A stretch of DNA of 64,000 nt, taken from assembly GCF_018977255.1 (NCBI RefSeq), contig NW_024704742.1, positions 62,870,001 to 62,934,000 on the forward strand. Reading direction: 5' to 3'. The notes below the pieces were generated by a model. The model saw only the letters and a program-made list of their open reading frames with translations. It was not told where the DNA came from and searched no databases. Positions 48,139 through 60,650 of the stretch are shown here, piece by piece. The translations under genes and the position numbers were made by a program. Position 1 is the first letter of the stretch, and each line of letters opens with the position of its first letter. Origin of the DNA: Callorhinchus milii (lineage: Eukaryota).

Positions 48139-50012
48139 TTAGGAACAGTAGCACTTTATTTGAGGACAATGTATTACCAATTGATCTTTACATAAAATGT
48201 TCTCACTGTCAGATTACTATTAATGATTTGTTTCACGGAGTGGCTACAAACAATAATACGGGCCTGCCTTCCATTTGTTTTGTTTTACTGGACTTGGAAG
48301 GGAAATTACCAGATGATGAATCTAATGTATGCTATCCCTAAAATCCAGTTAATCGGAATAATATGTTATTCAGTTATTGGATATCTGTAGCTTGCAGCTT
48401 TCATTATTGATCTAACAAATGAACAATATTTGCATTTGATGCATTACCTTATCACATCTCGGAGTGCTTCCTGCAATGAGTTACTTTGAAGTTGAGTGGC
48501 TGTTGTTATGTTGACAAATCTAGTAATTAATTTGTACCAGTAATATCCTACAAATAGCAATGAGATTAATGGTCAGATTTATTTGTGTTCTCTGTAAATG
48601 AATTGATGAATATTTGCCAATAGATTTTTGTTTTTCCTGGTAGTCTATCCAACACTCCTCCAGATAAATTCAATCATTTACTTCATGGTTGTTTGTGGAA
48701 CTTTGCTATAGGCAAATTAACTGGCAGGTTTGCCTATAAATACACAGTCACTACACTTGATGTGAATCTCATATAATGATTTGAGATGATTCAATTACAG
48801 GATAAGGCATAGTCACTACACTTGATGATAAATCCCCTATAGTGATTTGAGATAATTTGATGATGTGATAAGGTACTTTGTCAACTTATATGTATTCCAC
48901 CCACATGGAAATTTATCTGTGACTGTAAGCTGTATCCTACGTGAAATGTGCAATATCAGTACACATTGTCATCAATAGGATGTGTTCACACAATACAATT
49001 TACATTTATACAACACTTAAGGTGAACACAGAAGCCAATTTGTACGTTGGAAGGACATCTCGAAGTGCTAAATACTGCTGATGGGCACCTGAGCTAGGAT
49101 GGAAGAAGAAGGGTGAGGAAGTGGAAAGATGATCAAAAACGCAGTCAAAGAGGTATGTCTTGAGACAGACTTTGAATAAGGTGAGGGAAGAGGCGAGTTG
49201 GACGGACTTTAGGATGGAGTTGAGGGTAGGTATTTTCTAGGTTACATTTGCATCAAAATCCCATCTGGGCAGATGGACCTGTCACAACCCAGTAGGCTCT
49301 CCTTTTGATTGTTAGACGTAACTGGTGCTGTGTTAGCCATTAGTTTTCAGTGTAACTCGGTTGGCTGGAGGTGGTGGTTGGTGAAATGAAAGCATTTATT
49401 TTGCAGGGTGACAATTATTTAATTAAATTCTACAGAGAGCAGTGCACTAAAACAGTTTTACAAGCTAATAAAAAGCCGAGTTGAACATTACTAATAACAT
49501 TAAGAGCCCAGGGGAAGATGAACAATGGTAGTCTGAGCTGAGAATTCTAATGTTCACATGGCATTACTGAACTTTTTGCTGAATCAAAATACTTGTCACT
49601 ACTTTTGCCAATGATTATTTTTTGCTATTTTATACCTGGGAAGTTCCACAATAATAGGTTACTGTTTTTTTTTGGGTGGAGGGTGGGGTCGACCGGATGC
49701 CTGAGCCATGTGGAAAGCCCTCTTCATGCTTAAAAGATTCTAAACCAGAATGAGAGTTCCCCACATATGCATGCCACCTACAAATGGAAATTCCCATATC
49801 TGGAATGGAATGTGCACACATTGGAGAATCGTATCTTGCTTAGCAAATTTCAGAGTATTAGGCAAAGATTGGCAAGAGCCAAGGCTGTGTGTGTGCATTG
49901 GGGTATACAGCACCTTGGGACGTTCTCCCGACGTGAAAGGCACTATACAAGTGTAATTTTGTGTTGCATTGTATCTGATGGAGTTAATCAGTTAAAACTG
50001 TATAGTTTGTTA

Positions 50013-50165
50013 TTGAGAGCACTTTCTGGCAAGTTTCACACTATTTGTCCAGCTAGGGCCACCCAGCCCATTAGGTCTTTAGCTTGCAGGGTTAAAAGGA
50101 ACTGAGTGGGAAAAATCCCTGCTCCCAGTGACGGGTCTGCCTCTCCAAGTCCTAGTGCTGAGAAA
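50013..50165 (+). repeat. Old interspersed repeat (unnamed family A), copy 2
   Basis: Matches the reverse complement of 330-480. Confidence 0.6.
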
Positions 50166-50619
50166 GGCTGGCTGCGCTGTCTTTAGCTGTGCCCTGGAGG
50201 TTATTGTTTATAGCACAATTAAATAGATTGAAATTGTACACATACAAATTTATAAAACAATTATGCCACAGACATTTTTTTTTAATATCTTACTGATCTA
50301 CTGGTAAGTGCATTCCTAGAAATATGTGGGCCAGCTATGGTTGAATTCTTTACATGTGCTATTTCTACATTTAGTCAAAGAACTGATAGAAATACGAGAC
50401 CTGATAGAAATATGAGCTCTCATCTCATTCAGCTCATATAAATGTTTTATTAGTTCCTGGTACAAGCTGGCGTAGAAATTCAACATGGTTCTGGATTTAC
50501 TCTATTTTCTTACCATTTCATTGTCAGAATTTGGCAAATTCCCAAATGCAGCCTTTTAAGAACTGTAAAGGAACAGTATAAAAATAAGACTGAAAACAAT
50601 TAAATTTAGTATTGTTAGA

Positions 50620-53412
50620 ATTGGCAGCGATGCCTCCAGGAGTGAGGTCGGCAGGAGCTGGCAGGTAACAGCAAGGCCAAGGTCCTGGGGCTGAGGACCA
50701 ACAGGTAGTGATAGGCAGGGCCAAGGTCTCACTGATTGAGTGGTGAGCGCCGGCCATTACTGGGTTCAGGTGGAGCCGCCATTTCACAATTTCCTGCCTA
50801 AACCCCCGCGTGACGTCACTTCTGCCCACCAGGTTTGAATCCCAGGAACCAGGTCCATTGCTATCTCCTTCGCCTTCTCTGTCTTTTCCCTGCAGGCTGC
50901 TCAGCGTTATCTTCCAGGTTGGGCAACCTGGTCGATAACACAATGAGCGTCTTACCTCTTCTCCTCCCTCTTTGCCACCTCTACCCCTACAGTCTCCATG
51001 CCTGTGGGCTGACCATACCCCACTAACCGCCTGCCTTAATTCTTGGTGTCCACATCTTGGCTGCCGCTGCTGACCCAAGCTGCTTTTCTCCCAAAATACT
51101 CCCTGTAACTCTCCCACTCCATCCTCCTCTCTCTTCATCTGCTTTGAGCCTGGGAATCCTCCATCGGGCTCACTGTGGCACTTTCCGTTGGCTGTCCAGC
51201 AGCAGCCACACTGACTGCCCCATTCCCCACTATCACCGCAAGCTCCACCAACCCAAACCCCAGAGGACAATCTCTCCTCCCTCATCCACATTTCCACCCT
51301 CCCTGCCAATCCTCCCACTACACTCTCCTGTCTCACACATTCCTCAGCCAACTGTCCCCTCTGCATCAGCCTACAAAATGTCCACTCCCTTTCAAACTCG
51401 GCTCTCACCATCAACGATATCATCATTGATGAAAATGTTGATATCCTGGCACGCAATAAAACCTGGATCAGCCCAGGCAACACCTTCCCTCTGACTGAGG
51501 CCACACCACCTGGCAATACCTTCCACCATACCTCACGTCCTAACCCCACTTGCTCTATCCCCCTTCTCCACCGGCTCATTCCCCTCATCTGAGCATCTTA
51601 CTCCCTACCATCCCTTCAATCTTTCCCTCAAAATTCTCCTGATTTATAATCCCTCACTTTCATCTTTGACATGTCTTCCCTTCTAGCTTCCCTCTGCCTC
51701 TGTTCTGAATGCCTCCTCATCCTAGGTATCTTCAACTTACACTTCACCACCTCTTGCTCTATCTCTACCAACTTCTCCTCTCTCCTTTCCTCTCACAACC
51801 ACTCTCCACATTTACTTTGCCACCCAAGTTCATGGCCACCCACTCGACCTGGTGATTACCCGGGGCCTCGGTGTCTCATACCTCACAATTACCGATAAAG
51901 CCATCTCAGAACACCATTTAATCTCCCTTGACACCTCAATCCCTCTCAACACTACTATCCAATCCACCTCCATCTCCAACCACCCCTGGAAAAGAATCTC
52001 TCTGCATCCCTCTTTGCTACCCTGAAGTCATCTGAACTCCTCTCCTTCTGGCCTACCTTCCGCACTGACTTATTCTCCTCGGTAACTCTCCTCCACAATT
52101 CCCTCTCCACCATTCTCGATGCCCTTGCCCCCCCCCAACATCTCCCAAACCACTTCTACTCATATAACTCACCCTGGTACACAAGCCACCTTCAATCACT
52201 CAAGGGTCAGGTGTGTGCCGTTGAATGCACGTGGCTCAAATCAGCAAATCTAGCTGGACCACATAAAAACTTACTACTCTGCCCTCACCTCTGCTAAATC
52301 GTCCTTCTATTCCAAGATAATCTTGGAGGTCAAGGACAATGCCAGGCTCCTCTTCTCTACTACCAAACGGCTCCTCAGTCCACCCTCTCATACCTTGCCC
52401 ATCCTCTCCTCCAACTGCGATGAGATGCTGCATTTCCTCAAGACCAAAATTGAGGGAATCAGTTCAGCTGCATTCACCCTCCCAACCATCAGCCCCTCCC
52501 CGTCTCTCCCTCACACTACCGCCCCTACCCATCCTTCCCACCTTCGAACCTGTCTCTCCCTCCTCTCTCACCACCACTATACCCTACGTAAAGGCCACCA
52601 CCTGTTCCCTTGATCCCATCCCTACCCATCTCCTTACCTTTCAGCTCCACCTTCACTCCCCTTCACTCTCAGACCTCATCAACCTCTCCCTATTAACTGG
52701 CACTATTCTCACACCCCTAAAACAGCTGTCATCATCCTTATCCTAAAAAACAATCTCTGGACCTTTCTCCCCCATATCTGTGCCATGATCTGCTCTGCCT
52801 TCCCCAACCTCCACAACTTTGCCTGACTTCGCCAAAACCCTCATACACGCTTTCATTACATCCAGGCTGACTGTGTCAAAGCCTTACTTTTTGGTCTTCC
52901 CAACTCTTCCCTCCACAAGCTACAGGTCATCCAGAACTCTGCAGCTCGTGTCCTCTCCTGCACCAGACTCTGTGACCCCCATCACACCACCCACTCCCGG
53001 CTCCACTCCACCCCATCCCTCAGAGGATCAAGTTCAAAACCCTCGTCCTTACCTTCAAGGCCCTCCATGGCCTTGCCCTCTCCTATCTCTCTGACCTGCT
53101 AACCCCTTAACAACCTGTCCACTCCCTCCAATTAGCAGGCTCCAGCGGTCGGACCTTCAGCCTCTCTGCTCCCATCTTCTGGAACTCCATCTCACATTTT
53201 CTTTGCCTTGCTCCCTCCCTTGCCTCCTTCAAGGCACAATTCAAGACCCTCCTCTTCGACTGTGCCTTCGGCCACCCTTCTACACTTTTAGACCAGCACC
53301 CTTCTTGATCCCAAGCCCCAGCAACCTCAGGTCCTAATCCCTGACTGTTCAGTGCCTTGGGACATCCTCTTAACGTGAAAGGCATTTTACAAATCTAATT
53401 TTGTATTGTATA
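50620..53412 (+). mobile_element. Long L2 element with putative 5' region, decayed endonuclease, RT core deleted, and 3' tail
   Basis: APE-like INDIIIDENVDIL...TWISP...LTEATPPGNTFHH, LILGIFNLH and HGHPLDLV, then CSLDPIPT and KTAVI. At ~52760 it jumps to FLPHI..., LIHAFITSRL. The tail is gtgaaaggcattttacaaatctaattttgtattgta. Confidence 0.85.
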
Positions 53413-53414
53413 TT

Positions 53415-53740
53415 AATAATCCTTACATTCGATATACTGCCTCAGCATGTTATCCAGATGTCTTTAGGCACCTAACACAGGATCTATTGTAAAGTGCAGT
53501 AACTGCATATTTGTAGGCGAATGCCACAACCAATTCGCTCACAAACAACCATGAAGGGAATGATCAATCTTGCATGGTGGACTCTTGGCCAGAATATTAG
53601 GAGAAACTCACTTCTTTTTCCAAATAGTGCCATAGGATTTTAAAGTTTCACCTGAACAGACAGATAGAACCTCAGTTTCACATCAACGCAGCACTCCCTC
53701 AGTTCGGCATTGGATTGTCAGCTGAGATTATGAGCTGTAG
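53415..53740 (-). mobile_element. Deu-domain SINE
   Basis: aatagtgccataggatttt...cacctgaacagacagat...gcagcactccctcag. Confidence 0.75.
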
Positions 53741-54177
53741 TAAATCTACACTGAGGTGGAATTTTCCTCCAATTAACTTTAAATTTATAATCCCATTTTC
53801 TAGATGCGCCCATTAGCCTATGCTCAGTTAGTTAACATCGTTCAATCATAAAATTTAAATTTGTGCAGAATTGCAGAAACTTCTTCAATTTAGTCTTAAT
53901 TTGGAATTTTGGAATCTAAACATGACACTTCATTCTGTACCTACGGTCTTTTGTACTCGTGCATTCAATATGCTCACACCTTCTGTGGAGAGAGATGCTT
54001 TCTGGCTTCATTTTTAGTCCGTTTTTTAATTAAAAAATGTTGCTCTTGTTCTTTAACTCTTCACCAGAGTAAGGAGTTATTCTCAGACATGTTACACAAC
54101 CCAATCTTGGTGTAAATTTCCTCTATTTATGTAGCATTTCAGGGCATCCTGAGCTTTTCTATTATTATTATTATTAC

Positions 54178-54389
54178 AATAATCCCTCCAAAAACCAAAA
54201 ACAATAATAAATTGGTCATTTTCAATCTACGATTGTTTGTGGGATATTGCTGTGCGCAATTGGCTGCCGCGTTCGCCCACAAATATACAGTCAATTCACT
54301 TTACAGTGTGTTCTGTGAAGCGCTTTGGGACATCCTCCCGACGTGAAAAGTGCTATATCAAATGCAAGGATTATTATTATTATTATTAT
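54178..54389 (+). mobile_element. tRNA-Ala SINE (short) 3' half
   Basis: Matches the consensus, with a long (att)n tail. Confidence 0.88.
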
Positions 54390-55411
54390 TGCTTTCTTAA
54401 AAGAAACTTACCAAAAACTGACTTAAAAAATTCCAAGTAGTCTGGGACATGGTATGAATAGAATAAACGTAAACCCAGATGGAATTTCTCCCCAAAGGAG
54501 AGCTCAGGTTGTTGATTGAGTGTGGAGATAAATTTGGATTTCAGTAGGGTGATAGCACCGGTAGATACATTGATACCAGGGAAGAACCAATACCAGTTAT
54601 GTACGTGGACATCTACAGCTTGAAAGTTACAATAATCTGACATTTGATACACTTGATATCCACACCTTCCATATCAGGAAGGCGTCTTAAAGTGCTTCAC
54701 AGGATTTCTTGTAAGTCGTAATGATTGTATATTTTGTAGGTGAATGTGGCAACCAATTTGTGCATAGCAAGTGACATTTTGTGCAAATCCAGTAACATTA
54801 GATCCTGCTGTGCTTTGAACATTTTATTTGTTGATGGGCTTAGTGTTATGGTAGAAAAACTCATCTTGCTGCATGAATATCTTTTTTGTAACTGTGATAC
54901 TTGTATTATTCTCAGCACGCCTGGGCTGAACACCTAGAGAACCTCTGCTCAGGCAAGCAAGCAATCTCCTTAGACCTGCTAGAGTCTGACCGTTTGCACA
55001 TTTCATTGTTTCCCTAACTTGTACCACATGAGCCATTTGTTGTTTGCTGACGATTTTGCATTTAATGTGAGAAACATGGTATTCTCCATTAAAACACATC
55101 AAAAGGACATCATGTTTCCAAATGTTTTAATAAACATTGCAGACTAACACAAATTGTTTTTCAGCAGTCTAAATAATGCTTTAGGATAAAGCTCTCCAGT
55201 AGCCTTAAGTTTCTGCACTTCCTGCAAAAAGTGCATGTTTTAATCATTTTCGCCCTCATTCTTCAGTGAAAATGTGTTTAAAAAAACCTAAATTGTTTTG
55301 CTGGCACTTGACTGTTCAATTGCTTTACCATAATCCTAATGGAGGACCTCAGTCACCAAAAGTAACTTAATTACAAACAATTCATCGCATTGCTTTGAGA
55401 TCTGAAGTGAA

Positions 55412-55765
55412 AAATAATAATAAACCTTACATTTGATATAGTGCCTTGAAATAGCACTATCCCACAACAGCTGTGGATTGAGTTACCAAATTATTATTTT
55501 TTAAAGAGTTTATTACCCCTGGAAAAATGATCTGCCAATCGACTAACAACCGGGTTCCTACATACTGCTAAGTAAAAAGAGGTGTGTGAAGTAAGGAAAT
55601 TTTCTAATGTTTTGCCCTGCCTGGGAATCAAACCCAGGTCTTCTTGCACTTGAGGCAAGTGCTCTAAGCTACAGGTTCCTACTTACTGCTGGGTAAATAG
55701 AGGATGTGGAGTAAGGAAACTTGCCTAAGGTTTCACCCTGCCCGGTATTTGAACTCGAATCCTCT
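55412..55765 (-). mobile_element. tRNA-Ala SINE (long) with duplicated head-side segment
   Basis: The ggttcctac.tactgct...gtaaggaaa...ccctgcc block occurs twice. Confidence 0.8.
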
Positions 55766-56947
55766 CCTGGATTTGATTGATGGAGGAGCCATGGTCTTCA
55801 GATGAGAGTTAAATTGAGGACCTGTCTGCCTGTTCATACTGATGCTAATGATCCCAAGGCACTGTTTTAAAAGGCGGTGTGTTCTGACCAAAAACCTCCA
55901 GTTAAATTAGTCGTTCTGTGTTTGACTATTTGTGGAACATTAGTTAGTGCATTTGCCTACAAATACACTATTGCTACATTTGACTGTAATTCTCTGTAAA
56001 GTGCTTTGAGGTGTTTTGAAGTTATGGCAACTATTATAAATACAACAATATAGAAATGCAGGATAGCATCTCGGAGCGCTGCATAGTGGCAGGGTTGGAT
56101 GCTAAGCAAAGGAGAAGAGAGAGTGGGAGATGACCATAGATTAGGTCAAAGAGGTAGGTTCTAAAGTGGGATTTAAAAATAGATAAAGAGGGGGCCAGGC
56201 AGAAGGATTAAGGTAGCGAATTTCAGTGGTCAGGAGCGATAACAGGATTTTTATTATAATATAAAAGCTCAGGAACCTACTGAATTTGGGCTATACCAGA
56301 ATTCCCTCTATGTGGCCCATGTTTGGATTCTCTCTATATAGCGCAATACATTTTAGTGTGTTCTGATGTTTCAAAATATTTCACAAAACAGGATATAGGT
56401 AGCCTCAATGTGACCGAGAACCTAAGTAAGTAAGAGAAAGATTCCTGGGGAGGCATAAAGAAATCAGATAGAAAGCTTAGAAGATCTCAACCATCACAAT
56501 CTCACAGATAAAATTGATTATTAACTTCATGGCTCTTTGTGGAAAATTACTGTCAGCAAACTGGTTGCTGTGTTTTGCCTACAAATTATTGTGTAGACAT
56601 AGAAATGCAGGCTGTATTTAAGAATTTTTCAATTCAGGACAATCAAATATGCTAAGTTAAAAGAGTTCTTGACCCAAATGGAATTTCCTTTCTCTACTCT
56701 GGAAACTGAAACCTGCTAATTGAACACATTGTTTAAAAATTCAGTTATGTTTCTCCATACTTTAAAAAAAGCAATAATAAAAGCAGGCACCAACTCATAA
56801 TTGAGGAATAACCATAAACAAATGTGTTTTACTTCCATTCGTCGGTGAATGACCAACAAATCTTCTTGAAGGCATCAGCTTCGTCTTGAGTGCTAGCTCA
56901 CTCTAACCTGAATTTCTAGCTCTTTGCTCTTGTACCCTGTTATATTA

Positions 56948-57235
56948 TTAATAATAATAATAATCCTTGCATTTGATATAGTGCCTTATCACATCGTTGA
57001 GACGTCTCAAAGCACTTTGTAGAAAAGAGTGCAAAGTGAATTTACTGTATATTTTGTAGATGAAACATGACAGTCAATTGCATACAGCAGTGTCCCACAA
57101 ACAGTCGTAGATTGAGTGACCACAATTTTTTTTCTTTTTGGAAGGATTATTACCCCAGTGATGCACCAATCAACTAACAACCTTGTTCGTTCTTACTGCT
57201 AGGTAAAACAAATGCATGTTGAATAGGGAAACATC
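56948..57235 (-). mobile_element. tRNA-Ala SINE (long), 5'-truncated
   Basis: Matches the consensus. Confidence 0.85.
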
Positions 57236-57714
57236 TTGGGAATCGTGTATAAATAGTGATATAATGAAACGTAACCATGCTTGCCTGACTTCAGGTTATC
57301 TTTAATGAGCTGCTGATGGATCCTCAAGTCTGAACTGTTAGAATTGTTCTAACTATCATGGAAATTACAGCACGGCAGGAGGCCACTTTGCCCATTCATT
57401 CCAAGCTGCTAAATCACTTTCTGCTGATCATCATTAGATGGTTACTGCAGGCAAGTGAGAATTTACTTTATCTTCTCTTCCACAGCAAGAAAAAAATCGG
57501 TGTTTGTTAGTCTTTGATGCATTTGACACAAACCTAGATATATACATGATGGGGGAAGGGATTATGAGTAAAGGAATGGGTGGAATCTTGTATAAGAGTA
57601 TGAATACTGGCACAGACTGGTTGGGCCATGTGGCCAGCTTGTATTCTTTGTAATCATTTGCACATCCTTTCTAAATCTTTGTAAAACGCCATCCTAGGCT
57701 CGATGAGCCAAAAC

Positions 57715-58175
57715 AAAACAACAACAACAAGATTAGTTTACAACATTTAAGACCCAAGCTGGGGTCAGGGGGGGAGAAGGGAGGGGAGGGGAAGGGGGGT
57801 GGCTGATGACATGGTTGAAGAGGAGACTCTTGAGGCGGGACTCAAAGGAGGCTAAGGGGGTGGGGGCGTGGTGAGGCGGAGTGATTGGGGGATGGAATTC
57901 CAGAGGTTGGGGCAGAGTGGCTGAAGGCTCTCCCACCAATGGTGGGGTTGGTGGGTCGGAGGGAGCGGGCGGGTTGGTAGGGGGTTAGGAGGTCGCAGAG
58001 GAAGGGTGGGGGCGAAGCCATGGAGGGCTTTGTAGGGGACGACCAGGATCTTGAACTAGATCCTCTGAAGGATAGGGAACCAATGGAGTCGGGCGAGAAT
58101 GAGGGAGATGGGGTCACGGAGTTTGGTGTGGGAGAGGACATGGGCTGCAGAGTTCTGGATTATCTGCAGCCTGTG
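57715..58175 (-). mobile_element. L2 3' portion
   Basis: FLCDLLTPYQPARSLR...TIGGRAFSHSAP; FESRLKSLLF. Confidence 0.88.
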
Positions 58176-58224
58176 AAGGCCTCATCTTATGATGTAATTT
58201 GACATAGTGTGTATCAACATAACT

Positions 58225-58620
58225 GATTTGGTAGAAGTTTCACTTCTGAGTCAGAAGGTTGTGGGTTCAAGCCAACTTCAGGATTCTGAACTGATACAGT
58301 CTCGGATGACAGTCCAACACATTGTTGGGATGTGAGCATTGTTGGAGATGCCAGCCTTTGGATGAAACATTAAACTGAGCTCCCATCTGCCTGTTCAGGT
58401 GGATGTTAAATATCCAATTTGAAAAGAGAAGGGAGTTTCTCCCATTGTCCTAGCCAACAATCCTGCAGATAAAGTTGATCATGGCTGTTTGTGGGACACT
58501 GCTGAGGGCAAATTGACTGCAGCGTTTGCCTACAAAATATACAGCCACTACACTGTACAGTAAATTTTGTGAAGCACTTAGAGATGTCTGACAACATGAT
58601 ATCAAATACAAGGATTGTTA
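58225..58620 (+). mobile_element. Deu-domain SINE, near full length
   Basis: Head, Deu domain and a 3' half shared with the tRNA-Ala SINE. Confidence 0.88.
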
Positions 58621-60292
58621 TAATAATTTATCTGATTCTATGACTACCTGAGGTTACGCCAAGCCTGCTTTTAAATGGCCATCTTTTCAGCCAGCTTAAG
58701 TACCTCACAGTAAAACAGTGTTTCCTGGTTTTAAAAAACATTACTCCCAATACAGTTTCATGCACTAACTTCATCAATCAATGAACTCTTGCAATGTTCT
58801 TAACTTTCTGCATAATGAGTTCCACTAAGTATCTCGGCACTGAACGTTGATTGGGCTCAAATATTCTTTGCAAACCCAACCCTGAGAAACAAGGCACTAA
58901 GCAAGTCTGGAAGCGAAACAGAAGATTGATACTTGCCCTAAGATCTCTTGAAAATGATGTTGAACACCTTATACATCAAATTAGAGATTTTCTATCGCTG
59001 ATGAGAGTGATATTGATAAGCATTACTTTCTCTGCATCGAACATCTGTTTTTTGTCCTCTTTTCGCCATGGAATCTTTTCTCAGGGTCACTCACCTTTTC
59101 ATTATATGCATGAGCACCATAATTATTCCACCTGCAGTATTTCTATTTAAATCTGTAATTGTATTGACGAGACAGTCTCATTGCTCTACTGGCAAATATT
59201 ATTTCTAAATGATAAATCAATTTACTGGCGATTGCTTATTGCAAAACATGGAGCTTTAAATGGCACAAAATACTGACTAATTAAAAGCCACATACAAATG
59301 TTATGAATAATTACCTTCTCTGTTTTGTATGAAGGCAAATGTCACATGTAAGACACTGAAAGTAATTTGTTCTATCTTACCATTAAAGCAAGTTAATCAT
59401 TCAAGAAGTATTGGCAGTAAGTGAGGGAAGTAATTCTTTTTTTATGGACATTAAGGCTGTTCGCGGTAATTCTGAGCAAATAGCAAAGATTCAGTTTGTC
59501 CAGGTTCTTGGGATGCCCTCCCGACATGAAAAGCACTATACTAATGTAATTTTGTTGTTGTTGATTCACATAATTAGCGAATGATAAACACAGAAGAAGG
59601 CTTATTCACATCATGCCCTGAATTCCACCCAGTCTTGCAATCTGTCACATCATTATATCTTAGCATTTAAGATTTTGCAGAATGTCTTAATTTAGAAACT
59701 TTTTTTAAGTAATGCAAAATTGGCTTCCAAAACAGGACCAAATTTAAGCATTTTCAACAACTGTGATCTTAAATTTTAAGTCGAAGAATGTTGGCTTACT
59801 AGCTAAGACAAATGGAATTTGTGGCCTGTCAAGTTGACCATGGAATTTTAATCCACATGAGCCATTGAGTCCAATCGTTTTCTCCCCTGGCCATTTAATA
59901 TGCTTCCTTTGCAAGCATTTACCTAATCCCTTTTTGAAAGAATTGATGGGCTCTGCTTCAACAATGGACAGTGAGCTTCCTCCTTTCTGAATTCCTGTGC
60001 AGTAAATTACTGCAGAGGATAAACCGAGCCACCAAATCAAAGCATTTTTTTTTGTAACAACTTGGAACAATTTTTTTAAAAAAGGATAGTGACTTGTATC
60101 TGCTAATGTGGGTTGGTTCCTCGTTGTGGAAAATGATATCAGCTCACAGAAAGAGGATTTCACATTTCTCATTTCATGGAATGATAAAACACTTCTACAG
60201 TTTTTTTTAGTAAACAAGGGATGGAAGAGTGTACTCAGCATCATAATTAGAACAACAATGAATCCCCACAGTACTGCGCTGGGCCCTAAGAG

Positions 60293-60650
60293 TAATAATA
60301 ATAATCTTTACATTTAATATAGCACCTTATTACATCATTGAAATGTCTCGAAGAGCTTCAGAGGATATACTGTAAAGTGAATTGACTATATATTTTGTGG
60401 GCGAAACGCAGCAGCCAATTGTGTACAGCAGTGTCCCACAAACAGTCGTGGATTGAGTGACCAAATTATGTTTTATTTGTTTACTTTTTGACCCCCGGAA
60501 AGTGATCTGTCAATTGACTAGTACCAGGTTCCGACCTACTGCTAGGTAAGCAGAGGCGTATGGATTAAGAAAACTTGTTCTGCCTGGGAATTGATCCCTG
60601 GTCTTTTCGCTTGAGAGATGAGTACTCTAACCAATACGCTACAGGACTCC
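60293..60650 (-). mobile_element. tRNA-Ala SINE (long), full length, followed by a + strand 3' half at 60670-60811
   Basis: Matches the consensus. Confidence 0.9.

Noticed and set aside
48747..48875. ~65-bp direct repeat, plus short tandem duplications at ~12695, ~46378 and ~50382
   Set aside because: These are local slippage duplications in decayed repeats. There is no repeat-spacer periodicity, so they are not CRISPR-like.
50524..51588. Longest ORF (354 aa, minus strand)
   Set aside because: It lies antisense to a C/T-rich L2 element, is G/R/W-rich and has no recognisable domain.
57755..57830. G-rich potential quadruplex
   Set aside because: It is the complement of the ordinary C-rich L2 3'UTR.
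59744..60244. 166-aa minus-strand ORF
   Set aside because: It contains a decayed CR1 C-terminal motif (IVEAEPINSFKK.L); the rest is unremarkable.
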